A stretch of 64,000 nucleotides of DNA from an uncultured Eisenbergiella sp. (GTDB taxonomy: Bacteria > Bacillota > Clostridia > Lachnospirales > Lachnospiraceae). This document shows positions 9,057 to 19,578 of this stretch, in pieces; the stretch's first letter is position 1, and every line of letters begins with the position of its first letter. Both the position numbers and the translations under genes were made by a program. The stretch covers positions 40,960 through 104,959 of the forward strand of contig CABUMH010000001.1 in NCBI GenBank assembly GCA_902492555.1, given 5' to 3'. The notes under the pieces were generated by a model that had not been told where the DNA came from, ran no database searches, and saw only the letters and a program-made list of their open reading frames with translations.

Positions 9057-9123
9057 TATTCTCAACAATGTCAAGCCCAGAGCCACTTTGTGGTGCGAAG
9101 CAGGCTTGACATTGTTGAGAATA
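9057..9123. promoter_or_regulatory. perfect 21-bp inverted repeat (TATTCTCAACAATGTCAAGCC … GGCTTGACATTGTTGAGAATA) with 25-nt spacer downstream of rep
   Basis: read directly; could be a terminator, oriT/sso-like element or operator. Confidence 0.5.
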
Positions 9124-9302
9124 CTGAGATAATGGTAGGCCCCAATCAGTCATTTTATTGCGGTACTCTTCGACCGGACTGTCGTCCATTTAGGACCGGA
9201 ATATTCATAATTGATTTAAAATTTCAGACGCATAATGATTCATATTTAACGGCAAGGACAGGAAAAGCATCCGCTTACCTGTCCTTCTGTTTTGCCAGAT
9301 TA

Positions 9303-9842
9303 ATGAAAGAAAGGGAAAAGATAATGAACAAAAAAGCGAATGAAAAAGAAAATTCCATTTACCATGACACTTGGATGCTTTTAAAGAAATACAGAGATGT
9401 TGTTTGGAGTCTTGAATTATCTGTCCAACAGGTACGCAACCAATTTCAAATCGAGTATGGAAGCACCGTGGACGAATTCCTTGATTCAATTTATTGCGCT
9501 GGAGCGGATATCGGAGGAAGCAATATTGAAAGGCATGCAAAAAGCATTGAACGAAGCAGAAATATGCTGCGGCTCCTTGATTCTTCGATTGAACTGCTCA
9601 GGAAAAAGCATAAATATGGAGAGGACTATTACTGGCTTTTATATTATACATTTCTCTCTCCTCAAAAACTCCCCAATGTCGAGGAAGTGATTGAAAAACT
9701 GAGGCCTCATATCAGAGACATCAGCAATAGAACCTATTACCGGAGACGCCGGGAAGCGATTGAAGCGTTGAGTTCCGTGCTGTGGGGCTATACTTCCCAG
9801 GATAGTCTGAATGTGCTGGAACATTTCTTTCCCGAACACTGA
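9303..9842 (+). CDS. putative transcriptional regulator with sigma-70 region-4-like C-terminus
   Basis: ORF opens at 8940 but coding-like sequence starts near ATG 9303 (MKEREKIMNKK); C-terminal …TYYRRRREAIEAL… resembles a sigma region-4/ArpU-like HTH; weak. Confidence 0.35.
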   Translation: MKEREKIMNKKANEKENSIYHDTWMLLKKYRDVVWSLELSVQQVRNQFQIEYGSTVDEFLDSIYCAGADIGGSNIERHAKSIERSRNMLRLLDSSIELLRKKHKYGEDYYWLLYYTFLSPQKLPNVEEVIEKLRPHIRDISNRTYYRRRREAIEALSSVLWGYTSQDSLNVLEHFFPEH

Positions 9843-10126
9843 TTCTATAAATGAAACCTTCAACCAGTAGCTTAACAAGAAATAAGGAATACAGGATTTC
9901 ATTAGCAATTGTATAAGCTTAACATTCTCAATGCTCAGTTTGTGAGAATACAGCAAGCAGCTTTTCCAATTAGAAAAACATTTTTTATATTAATGGTGAA
10001 TTAGAATAAAGATAAATAGAATATAACACTGTACACTTTCTATGGCCGAGAACTTATGCTACTCCGCGCAGAGGGTATCTCTGCCCGGAGCAGCCCAAAC
10101 CATATCTTATATCACAATGTTTCAGG

Positions 10127-10804
10127 TCACACAAAATCTGAAACATCCTTACTTCCTGAAATCAGACAAAGCTCCCCCTTCTTTACTTTGTACTTATTCA
10201 TAAAAAAATACTTTTCGTAAAAAAAATATATTTTCAAATAATCTACTCTATATATATTCTTATCGGATGGTTCGAAAATATATGTATTCTCCTCCATCAA
10301 TCTTGACAATCTGTTCAGGCCATCATCAACATCAGATAAAGAAATAATATAGTCATTCTCTTCGTCATAATTCGCTTCATATTGAAGAGGAACATTTATT
10401 AAATATTTCTCAATCCAATCAATATTATTTATATCACCTAATCTTCGCAAGAATAGTTCTAATATAAACAATTGCAGAAAAAAGCAATCATATTCAAATT
10501 CTTTTTCAACTTGATATTTCCAAAGATTTGTATGCTTTTCAATTTTTCCATTCCATCTTCCTTGCACGGTCTCATAAAATGAATCTAATATATTTCTTAT
10601 TTGTTCTAAAGCATTTCCACTATTACCTATTATCTCTTCGTATTCATTCAGCAAAGCAGTAAGATAGATAAGCTTTGCCAATCTATTACGTTCTACTAAA
10701 CCAGGTTGAAAATTACTGTCTTTCTCATATATAGAATTTTTAAATATTTGAATCAAATCCAAGTATTGATTAACGCACCATTGTACAAATATTTTTACTT
10801 CCAT
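10127..10804 (-). CDS. hypothetical protein, last gene of the SLATT-HD/GHKL-PRTase operon
   Basis: 243-aa ORF (start possibly 10858 or internal MEVKIF at 10804) overlapping the stop of the upstream PRTase gene; no recognisable motif. Confidence 0.5.
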   Translation of the reverse strand: MEVKIFVQWCVNQYLDLIQIFKNSIYEKDSNFQPGLVERNRLAKLIYLTALLNEYEEIIGNSGNALEQIRNILDSFYETVQGRWNGKIEKHTNLWKYQVEKEFEYDCFFLQLFILELFLRRLGDINNIDWIEKYLINVPLQYEANYDEENDYIISLSDVDDGLNRLSRLMEENTYIFEPSDKNIYRVDYLKIYFFYEKYFFMNKYKVKKGELCLISGSKDVSDFV

Positions 10805-10817
10805 ACCAGTCTCTCTT

Positions 10818-12572
10818 TCATTGAAAATAATTCTGTCTATAAATAAAGTCCATAACATCCCTTATATACTTCTTTTCTTTATTCAAATTTTTGCAAAGAA
10901 TGTATCGCTTATTTGCCAATTCACGTTGTAACACTTCCCCTTCCATAGCAAAATACTGGGAAAAAAATTGAAATGCCTCTGTTGAAATATACTTATTTTT
11001 AAAATAATTATTCTCTAAAAAATAAGTTTCTAAACTTTTAATAAATTTCCCATATTGCCTTTTATACTTTTCAGATACCATTTTCGAACAATTATAATAT
11101 GCATAGACTGCGGCATAAAAAACCGTAAGATCATGTTCGAACAGAATATCGCTGCTCTCTCCTAATTTAAAGCATCGTACAATTATATCTCCATCTTTTA
11201 TCACACTGTTTGACAGGACTCCGGTATCCAGTGCTTTTAAGATTATGCAGATAAGGCTTCTTTGAAACTGTGATTCATTGAGAAATGAACAATTTTCTTT
11301 TAAAAGGCTTTCTATCGTTTTCAAAGTTACAACCGCACTTGATGCATTGCCATTTTCATTGCTAGTGAGATGATCTCTTTTTTGTATTGCAAGCCACCCC
11401 ATAAACCATGACTCTATTTGGGGCATATCGAAATAATTTTTTTCATCTCTGCTAATATATTCACCTTGAGGTCTAGGTAATCGATTATAAAATTTTGAGA
11501 TTGAAAAATTATTGAAAATTCTATCTATACTTTTCGAAAACACTTCATTGAACCCAATTGGGGAAAGGTTTTTATATAATTCCATTCTTGTTCCCGTGAT
11601 AACTTCAGCATAATCTTGAAATACCTTTCCAATAAAGTAACTTAAAGCATAGACTATAGACCTATATAATGTAATATAATCTTCGTCATCTTTTTCGTCA
11701 CTATGTTTTTTGTAAATATAATCTAAAAAGGGGGTTTCTTGAAATAAAGAAATAAAATACTTCCAGCATTCTTTATATTCAACAGAACGCAACATAGCAA
11801 AAGGAGTAAAGCGACAAAATACCTTTGATTCTCCCTGCTCGTTTTCCTTTTTTTCATAACGGCATTTTATGACCAAACTTAGAAGCGCTTCTCCCATTAC
11901 GTTCTTTAAATATTTATTATCATATATGAAGAAACCATTATCGAATGATATATCTTTAATCTTTACTTTATAATCCGTAAACACCCAACCAGCATTATTT
12001 TCATTTATTAACTTCTCAAATGCTTCCTGGCAAATCTGAACTTCCTTAAATACAGGCAAATCAATGACATAAGAATGCCTACTTTCTTGAATCGCCTGTA
12101 ATTCTTTGATTACAAATTCCGACATTTGCGAATAAGTGAATACTTCTGCAAACATTCTTTTATATTCTTGAAAATCTGATTTATCAAAAAAACATGTGAG
12201 AGCTTTTGGCGTCATGGCGAATACGGCAATTGAAATATTCGGATTTAAAACTTTATCTCTTATTCTTTCAATAATCCGTAATAAAGTTTTTCCAGTATAG
12301 AGTGTATCATCTATTAATAATACTTTTTTACCATGTTCAAAGATAGAAAAATCCATCTCCTTTAAAATATCCCTATCTCTTAATTCTTGAACATTTAATT
12401 TATTATAGGGTATTCTATCCTCTTCCTTTTTATGCTCTTGAATTATTTTTGTATAAAAATAGCACTTTCGTGAAATGAAAATAAAATAACTATATTCATC
12501 AGCCATTTCAACTAATTTCATGTAAAATTTTAAATATCTCTCATCTATCAGTCTGGGATCTATCATTTTCAA
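10818..12572 (-). CDS. phosphoribosyltransferase (PRTase) domain protein with about 440-aa uncharacterised C-terminal extension
   Basis: type I PRTase PRPP-binding motif KKVLLIDDTLYTGKTLLRII in the first 140 aa; remainder unmatched. Confidence 0.65.
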   Translation of the reverse strand: MKMIDPRLIDERYLKFYMKLVEMADEYSYFIFISRKCYFYTKIIQEHKKEEDRIPYNKLNVQELRDRDILKEMDFSIFEHGKKVLLIDDTLYTGKTLLRIIERIRDKVLNPNISIAVFAMTPKALTCFFDKSDFQEYKRMFAEVFTYSQMSEFVIKELQAIQESRHSYVIDLPVFKEVQICQEAFEKLINENNAGWVFTDYKVKIKDISFDNGFFIYDNKYLKNVMGEALLSLVIKCRYEKKENEQGESKVFCRFTPFAMLRSVEYKECWKYFISLFQETPFLDYIYKKHSDEKDDEDYITLYRSIVYALSYFIGKVFQDYAEVITGTRMELYKNLSPIGFNEVFSKSIDRIFNNFSISKFYNRLPRPQGEYISRDEKNYFDMPQIESWFMGWLAIQKRDHLTSNENGNASSAVVTLKTIESLLKENCSFLNESQFQRSLICIILKALDTGVLSNSVIKDGDIIVRCFKLGESSDILFEHDLTVFYAAVYAYYNCSKMVSEKYKRQYGKFIKSLETYFLENNYFKNKYISTEAFQFFSQYFAMEGEVLQRELANKRYILCKNLNKEKKYIRDVMDFIYRQNYFQ

Positions 12573-12598
12573 TATGCCTCCACCTGTTTCGATTTGCC

Positions 12599-15500
12599 TT
12601 ATAAAGTTAGCCTCTTGAATTCAACCGTTAGTAACCTGCGATATGCTTTTCTTATTGCCTCCAGGTCATAAGAACCAGATTCTTTTTGATTTTTATAAAC
12701 CCACAAACATAAACGATCAAAAGAAGGATCATCCTGTACAACATTGATGTATTCCTGCAAAGTAAATTTCGTATATTCAGAATGACATTCATGCATGGTC
12801 TTTTTCATACGGTTAATTTTCGCTTCTATAGCAGCATTTATCGGATGAATCACATAGTAAACGCCCTGTTGTTCTGGAATAAAAGGAAGCTTTTTGACCA
12901 AAAGAGCCTCTTGGCCTTCCTCAGCCTTTACAACCAACTTATACTCTCGCTCACCTGAGTTGAAGGTTTTAGACATGTCGTTTATTTCTCTTTTAATACC
13001 CGGAATTTCTGAATCATTTCTATTCAAGATTCTAAATGCACCAAAATTAGGCTTCCCTGTATCTTTCTCAACTACATTTGTTGTTTTCAAACGTTTCAAG
13101 ACCATTTTATCATCTTGAATAAGATAGTAATTCAATACTAGCCTTATTTTTATATCGTCTATTATAACGATTTTCTCCACTAATTCTTTAAAACCATCAC
13201 TATTTTCATCTATAGTATAATTGATTTCTTCTTCATTTTCTGGAATTGCTAATATAATATCTCCTGTCCGTAAACCATGAAACAGATATTCATACAGGTA
13301 ATATTCCCGTTTCCAAACTCCTTCCGTTATCGTCCATACATATAGCCCATCCGACATAAAAGCATTACTATTATCTATGCTTTCTTCTAGCACTTTATTA
13401 CATATAAGCGTCATAGGGAATAATAGTTTAGTCCGTATTCTTTTATCATACTTCTCCATAAAATAAAGCCTTGCCTTAAAATAAGCTTGAGTATATTTCT
13501 TAACCAAAAATTGCTGCTGAATAGCATTATCAAAAAAACGATTGCGGCTAACTAATAAACATTCTTCCACTTTTTTCCCCATCACATCTAGCAGAATACA
13601 TGTAAGATAAGGATTTTTTCTCCAATCTTCAACTAAGTATTTCCGCGAAGTCATAGGAACATTAACATTTTTATATGCAGCCATAAAACTAACTTCATCA
13701 TCCGCTGATAAATCAAAGGAATAAAAAGTTTCACTCATATCATCCCAAAGTCGTAATGTTCCTTTATCCATATTAAAATTCATGTAAAGATTATCCGCGG
13801 CCAAGCCCAGCTTCTTAACTTCTGAAGCAAATACACGAAGAACCTCACATTCTTCTGCAGTTCCTGGCATAATTGAATTTTCTATTTCATCCTCTTCTTC
13901 AGAGAATTGAAATATTTGTGCATAATCTTTGTACCTTGGTATTATTTCCCTTCCTGTATCTTTCTCGCTTTCCACAAAAAAATACTTGCTTTGTATGGTT
14001 TCTGTATACTTCCCTTGGCCCGTATGCAAATAAATATTAATAGGAAAAAGACTGTTTTTAAAATGCTCTTTCACATAATTTATAACAATCTTCCAGACTA
14101 TCAATAAGCGATTTTCATAGGAAAATAAATCCAGTTTTCTCCATTCTTCCTTTCCGCTGTATTTATCCAAGATACTATCTGCGTCAATTTCCGAAAATTT
14201 AATAACAAGATGAATTCTAGTCCCCTGGTCTACCTTCTGTTGTCCATACTCAACTAATATATTATTGGGTTTTTCATCTTGACTAAGCGTTATTTTAAAT
14301 GCCGGATTATTCTTCGCTTTTGTATAAATCTCTACTTTATTTGTTACCATGAATGCAGACTGTAAACCAATCCCAAATCCCCCAGTTGGCCTTAACCACT
14401 GTCTCATCTCCCTAATTGTATTCGTAAAATTTGTACGTTCTCTCCAACCAGTTCCAATATGTGAAATGCTATTAATACCGGTTTCATCTATTCCAATGCC
14501 TCTATCCTCAATTTCTATAACAAATTGTTCTTCGTCAATTATTCCTTTTTTATCTCTGTATTCTCGAATATAAATTTTTACAGGGTAATTATCATAAGCT
14601 TCTTTTCTAAAGTCAATTGGCTTTATTTTATCTCTTTCAACTTGGGGATCGATTAAATATTTTTCTCTTTCGCCCCCCTGCTCTAAATCATTCCAGAGCA
14701 TTATTCTAAGGGCATCAAAAGAATTCTGAACGTATTCACGAATAAAATCCAAAGAAGAGTCATACAGATTATTACCAGTAAAGAGCTCCAAAAGTTTATT
14801 CCGATTCACCTCGAAATCCCTTGAGAACTCACTGCTAAACTCTTTATTTTTATGGAGTATTATCAGCTCAGGAATTCCCATATGGCACCCCTGAAGACTA
14901 CATGGAGCTATTTCCTGCCAGCGAGTTATCATATTAATAATTTCACTTTTTAAATCGTCAAACCACATTAAGCTGATTTTGCACACTTCAAAATCATCTG
15001 ATTTCGCTGTTACTTCTATTTTTTCCGGCTTTATTAAGAGGTGTTCTATAGCCTGATGCTTCTTATAGTGTGTAACGCTTACATGAGGGAGTTCGCCAAA
15101 ATGTTTCATAGCAAAAATATCAAATCGATTATTATCCAAGTCTAACAGATCTCCAACTCGTAACAATACCGCAAGAAATTGCGGATGCACGTAATCATCC
15201 TCAAATCCATCACATATTAGACTTATTTTTTTTATATCTTCCTGCCCAGCTGTATGTAATGCCACTATTTGGCCAAGTATTCCACATAATCTGTCGATAT
15301 ATACAATATTCCCCCTTCGATCCCATCTATTGAAAAATTCCTTACTTCTATTTCCGTGTTTTTTTCGAATATATTCTGACATTAAGCAAGTAATTTCTTT
15401 CCGAAACTCCAAAGGCCATGAATCATATTCATCCCACTCAAAGTTAGGTATTTCCAGTTTTTCGCTACTTATTCCTCCCTGGTGTTTTACAAAAGCATCC

Positions 15501-15931
15501 AAATATGTATAATGACGTGCCGCTTTACCGATTTCTTCGTCTAAAGAATCCCTTTCTCTTTCGACAAAATCAAGAAATTCTTCATTTTTCCATAAGTCTT
15601 TCAATTCATAATACTCAGTAGACATACCTATATCATGCGCATAAGCTGCATTTAAAAGAATCCATAAATCGCCTATCCCAAGCAGTTCAACCCGTTCTTT
15701 ACCCAAAAACCGTTCAATTGCTCTCAGTATATTGATAGAGTGTGAAGCATCGTGCCTGCTATAATTCATGAATTCAAAGATTGTCGTTTTTGTTCTTTCT
15801 TCATATTGATTCTTATTATAGATCCAATCACTCCAAAGTTTATTGCCCAAGGCAGATCTTTGACTTTTCAATTTAAACTGCTGCTCAATATATGTATCTA
15901 CCTCATACCTCCAATTCTGATTTTCCTGCAT
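12599..15931 (-). CDS. 1110-aa multidomain protein: N-terminal HD phosphohydrolase-like domain + central GHKL/HATPase_c ATPase + long unknown C-terminus
   Basis: HD signature RHDASHS…AAYAHDIGM…LLRVGDLLD; Bergerat ATP-binding motifs REYVQNSFDA (N-box), EDRGIGID (G1), GGFGIGLQSAF (G2); 27-nt gaps to both flanking genes. Confidence 0.6.
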   Translation of the reverse strand: MQENQNWRYEVDTYIEQQFKLKSQRSALGNKLWSDWIYNKNQYEERTKTTIFEFMNYSRHDASHSINILRAIERFLGKERVELLGIGDLWILLNAAYAHDIGMSTEYYELKDLWKNEEFLDFVERERDSLDEEIGKAARHYTYLDAFVKHQGGISSEKLEIPNFEWDEYDSWPLEFRKEITCLMSEYIRKKHGNRSKEFFNRWDRRGNIVYIDRLCGILGQIVALHTAGQEDIKKISLICDGFEDDYVHPQFLAVLLRVGDLLDLDNNRFDIFAMKHFGELPHVSVTHYKKHQAIEHLLIKPEKIEVTAKSDDFEVCKISLMWFDDLKSEIINMITRWQEIAPCSLQGCHMGIPELIILHKNKEFSSEFSRDFEVNRNKLLELFTGNNLYDSSLDFIREYVQNSFDALRIMLWNDLEQGGEREKYLIDPQVERDKIKPIDFRKEAYDNYPVKIYIREYRDKKGIIDEEQFVIEIEDRGIGIDETGINSISHIGTGWRERTNFTNTIREMRQWLRPTGGFGIGLQSAFMVTNKVEIYTKAKNNPAFKITLSQDEKPNNILVEYGQQKVDQGTRIHLVIKFSEIDADSILDKYSGKEEWRKLDLFSYENRLLIVWKIVINYVKEHFKNSLFPINIYLHTGQGKYTETIQSKYFFVESEKDTGREIIPRYKDYAQIFQFSEEEDEIENSIMPGTAEECEVLRVFASEVKKLGLAADNLYMNFNMDKGTLRLWDDMSETFYSFDLSADDEVSFMAAYKNVNVPMTSRKYLVEDWRKNPYLTCILLDVMGKKVEECLLVSRNRFFDNAIQQQFLVKKYTQAYFKARLYFMEKYDKRIRTKLLFPMTLICNKVLEESIDNSNAFMSDGLYVWTITEGVWKREYYLYEYLFHGLRTGDIILAIPENEEEINYTIDENSDGFKELVEKIVIIDDIKIRLVLNYYLIQDDKMVLKRLKTTNVVEKDTGKPNFGAFRILNRNDSEIPGIKREINDMSKTFNSGEREYKLVVKAEEGQEALLVKKLPFIPEQQGVYYVIHPINAAIEAKINRMKKTMHECHSEYTKFTLQEYINVVQDDPSFDRLCLWVYKNQKESGSYDLEAIRKAYRRLLTVEFKRLTL

Positions 15932-15958
15932 ATAACTGTCCTCCCTCTTTCGTCTACT

Positions 15959-16429
15959 TTATCCGCTATTACTTACACTTTTAGTTTCTTGAATATATTC
16001 CTTCCACCGCGAGCCTTCCTCTTTGATTATTTTTTCACAATTTATAACAAATACTTCAGAAGGATCTTCTATGCCATTATATATTCCTTTTTTAGTACAA
16101 TAGAACCTCTGTTCACTACAAAGCTGATCACAAGTTTGTCTATAACTTTTCCATTTATCTTGTGCATGTGAAATACCCAAGAAGCCTTCGGCAATGAGAG
16201 CGCCGGCACTTAATAAAGCTACTATACCATTACTTAATAATGGCGATTCCATTATTACGAACACAGGGATTAGAGCCGTCATTACAATCCGGCTTCCAGA
16301 GAGTATGTAGTACACCTTCTTATAAAATTTACTCCTTCTGTTATAGTAAATTACTAATTTCCCGATAATGTTGCTATACTCATCCCCATCAGGATTTCCA
16401 AAATACTCTAGGATACCCTCGCTTGACAT
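15959..16429 (-). CDS. SLATT-family (DUF4231-like) two-TM small protein, first gene of the operon
   Basis: YYNRRSKFYKKVYYILSGSRIVMTALIPVFVI…IVALLSAGALIAEGFLGI…WKSYRQTCDQL…YC pattern matches DUF4231/SLATT 2TM effector domains. Confidence 0.55.
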   Translation of the reverse strand: MSSEGILEYFGNPDGDEYSNIIGKLVIYYNRRSKFYKKVYYILSGSRIVMTALIPVFVIMESPLLSNGIVALLSAGALIAEGFLGISHAQDKWKSYRQTCDQLCSEQRFYCTKKGIYNGIEDPSEVFVINCEKIIKEEGSRWKEYIQETKSVSNSG

Positions 16430-17275
16430 GAAATCTTTCCCTTTCCTTTTTGGTTAGAAGTAATAGTTTTCTGCTTAACAGACAGCAGCGAAAACAAGGT
16501 TCAAGCTTCTCTATTGTTCATTATTCAGCAAGAACTGAAATTACAAAAAGAACAAGTTATATATTCAAGCAGACATTTAAAGCCCCCTTAAATTATATAA
16601 TATCATATTGCAACACTAAAGTCACTCATTCCCTTTTATTTTCATACAAAATAAAGAAACAAAAAAAGAATTCAGATAATATAATTTCCAATTTTTACTC
16701 GAACATAGTTTGTGAAGCCATCTATATTTCTACGGAATAATGGTTTATCATTATTGTTTAGCCGTCTTGTTCTTCATTCCAATTTGCTTGATTGTGGAGT
16801 TTTACTCAATTTAATGTAAGAAATAACCTACAGAAAGAACAAGTCCCAGAGAGTTTCCCGAAAAATCGCGTCCTCTGAGACCTCTAAAAACATATTTATT
16901 ATATCAAAGTTTATGATGATTCAAATAAAGGATGCCATAAGCTCTACAGCATGTTTCCTTACATGCTTGTCTATTACAAGCATTATACGTCCGAATTCAT
17001 TTAGGACAATGCGCCGCTAGAACCACTGTTTTCTATCAAACTTGTTCAAGGGGAAAGACTCTCGCAGACAGGTATAACATCGGGTTGCACCTTCCAGGAC
17101 ACAATCGGCCCAGCCCGGAGCATCCGGTTAGGAAACGGTGCAGTAATTCTTCGGCAGATTGAATATTCCGTTTACAAAGTGCACACTTTTCGCTGATCAG
17201 GTGCATCCCTTCCGGTAAGCCAGTGCAGGTTTTCCGGAAGGGAATGCAGTTTAATCATAATGGAACCTTGTCAAC

Positions 17276-17629
17276 TTAATACCGGCCGTCGTCGATCCCC
17301 TTTGCAAGCTGTACCATGGAGTCTGTGAACTCTTTGAAGGCCATGGGGTCTCCCCCATCATAACAGATCCGGGAAAACTCCTGATATGCCAGGCTGTCAT
17401 AATGCGGCATATCCAGATCTGAGAGGATATCAACTGTTGTGATCTGTTTCCGCTCGGGATCCGTTTCCATGGCAAACCGGTATCTCGCCCGGACCGCCTC
17501 AGCCTTAAGGTGCTGGATATCCCTGACCATTGCGTCCACCAGTTCCAGAAAGGAACGGATCAGCTCGCAGTTATCGGCTTCCGGACATTCATCCCATGCG
17601 TTGTAGCCGTCATACAGCATCGCCGTCAC
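17276..17629 (-). CDS. hypothetical protein within the IS21-like segment (passenger or decayed ORF)
   Basis: 117-aa ORF, GC-rich like the IS, no motif recognised. Confidence 0.3.
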   Translation of the reverse strand: MTAMLYDGYNAWDECPEADNCELIRSFLELVDAMVRDIQHLKAEAVRARYRFAMETDPERKQITTVDILSDLDMPHYDSLAYQEFSRICYDGGDPMAFKEFTDSMVQLAKGIDDGRY

Positions 17630-18398
17630 CTGCCTCTCCGGCTCCGGGGGCTTTCACGCCATGGCGTTCCCGCATGGATACAGCTCCCTCGATCAGGACC
17701 TCATAAGCATTGGGACGGATCCTGTCAATGACAGCGTCACAGAGGGTCTCATACTCCGGTGACCCGATCCGTTCATGCCAGCCGTCCGGTTCAAACTGGG
17801 TGCAGAAGATAATGGATCCTCGCTCTGCCCGTGGCTCAATGACCTCAGGCAGGTCGTTCGCCTGCTCATTCGTCATCGGAGTGAGCAGGAATTCATCTAT
17901 GATCAGCAGGTCGGCTTTCTGGTACGAGCGGATCATTTTCAGGTAAGTGCCCTCTCCTCGCGCGACAGCCAGCCCGTTCAGCAGGTCCGGGATCCGGACA
18001 TACCGGACGGTAAAACCGTTCCGGCACGCGGCAACACCCAGGGCATTGGAAAGATATGTTTTCCCGCTGCCGGATGCCCCCATGATGATGATATGGCGGC
18101 TGTCGCGGATGTAGCCGCAGCCTGATAGGCGGAGCAGTTTCCCGCGGTCCAGTTTCCGGTCTGCATGGTATTCGATATCCTCCATACATGCGCCCGGATA
18201 CCGGAACCCCGCGCTGCGGATGAGCCGGGCAAGGCGGTTGTTCCTGCGCGATTCCCATTCCCTGTCCACAAGGATCCCAAAGCGGTCCTCAAAGCTGAGC
18301 CCCTGGAGGCCGCCGGTGCGGCACTGGTCTTCGAACGCGCCTGCCATGGCGGAAAGCCGCAGCTCGCGGAGCTTGTCGATCGTAGACTGTACGGTCAT
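17610..18398 (-). CDS. istB: IS21-family helper ATPase IstB
   Basis: Walker A GASGSGKTYLS, Walker B LLIIDEF; DnaC/IstB-like length. Confidence 0.85.
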   Translation of the reverse strand: MTVQSTIDKLRELRLSAMAGAFEDQCRTGGLQGLSFEDRFGILVDREWESRRNNRLARLIRSAGFRYPGACMEDIEYHADRKLDRGKLLRLSGCGYIRDSRHIIIMGASGSGKTYLSNALGVAACRNGFTVRYVRIPDLLNGLAVARGEGTYLKMIRSYQKADLLIIDEFLLTPMTNEQANDLPEVIEPRAERGSIIFCTQFEPDGWHERIGSPEYETLCDAVIDRIRPNAYEVLIEGAVSMRERHGVKAPGAGEAGDGDAV

Positions 18399-19578
18399 GC
18401 CTGGACACCTCCCTTCTCACGGGCCGCGCGGCGTGTCAGGCCATAGCTGCCGGTTGTCCGGGGCGGGGTACCGTTTTTTACCTTATCCTGTCCGTTCTGG
18501 AGGATGGTGGTGATATTTTTCAGGCTCGGGCTCGGCGTATAGGAAAGTGCTTTGGCACAGGCTGCCTCCAGCCTGGCCGGTGTAAACCGGTCGGCGGGCT
18601 TCATCATGGACGCGCAGCTTTTATATCCCTGCTGGGGAGTCCTGTGCGTGTGGAGGAAGGTACGGACAACGATCCCTGTTGACGGACCGATATCTTCCGC
18701 CCACTGCTGAAAGCTCTCTTCATTATAATTAAGGTAACGCCGGTGGGCTTCCGGCATATGCTCCGGTACATAGACCGGATCCGCGGTATTAAAAACCCTC
18801 ACATGGGACGCGATCCTCTGGTTATGGAAAATCTCCATGTATTTCTCCGTTGTCCGGATATCAACCTTCCTGCCGATGTATTCACATGGTACGGAGTACC
18901 GACAGTCGCCTACTGTGACCAGGTAATCCGGCTGGACCGTTTCCGAGGACCATACGGCTGTCTCATACGGCGTGGATGGAAGCGGCAGGAGAAATGCCTT
19001 TTCTTCTTCCTCGAATGCAGAGAGCCGGCAGCCTTTCCTCTTTTGAAATGGACGGCTGTTGAACTCATCCAGTTTGATACGGATGGCCTCATTCAGTTCC
19101 TGAAAAGAAAAGAACTTATCATTGCGCAGGGATGCCACGATCCAGGTTGACAGGACGCCGACCAAGCCCTCGTCAGAGGCCTTGTCCTTCGGGGAGACCG
19201 GGCGGGCAGGGACAATGGCCGTTCCATAGTATTCCGCCATCTCCTGGTAAGAGCGGTTGAGGATCAGCTCCGCGCGGGTGTTCTTAACGACCGCAACCTT
19301 TGCATTGTCAGGCGTAAGGATCCGGGTAACGCCTCCAAAGTAGCTGTACGCATGGATGTGCGCCTGGATCCAGCTGGCGGTCTTCATGTCGGGGACCGCT
19401 TCCGCATAGCTGTACATACTGCAGGGGAGGCAGGCGACAAAGACATACGCGGTGACAGGCTCCCCTGTGATGCTGTCAGTAACATCCAGGGTGCTGCCGC
19501 CCAGTCCACTTCCATGAGTTCACCGGGTTTCCTGCTGATCCGCAGCGTTGCCTTTTGGGAGGCAGTGTAGACAAACAC
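18395..19578 (-). pseudogene. istA: IS21-family transposase IstA, frameshifted and 5'-truncated
   Basis: 340-aa ORF carries the C-terminal IstA region (…AYSYFGGVTRILTPDNAKVAV…); the integrase-core start (PGELMEVDW) lies in another frame (19384..19578); no HTH N-terminus upstream. Confidence 0.7.

Noticed and set aside
10058-10140. Two hairpins (CTCCGcGCAGA-gggtatc-TCTGCcCGGAG at 10062-10090 and GTTTCAG-n12-CTGAAAC at 10113-10140) as terminators of the SLATT operon
   Set aside because: Neither is followed by a U-rich tract on the relevant strand; possibly attenuator or boundary structures but not confidently terminators.
16450-16740. 96-aa ORF in the AT-rich spacer upstream of the SLATT gene
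   Set aside because: Low-complexity, AT-driven, no RBS; more likely promoter/leader DNA for the minus-strand operon.
17510-18513. Cluster of 70-120-aa ORFs on both strands within the IS21 segment (17775..18125, 17893..18258, 17978..18292, 18165..18446, 18220..18513)
   Set aside because: High GC generates long stop-free frames; they overlap the istB CDS and lack motifs.
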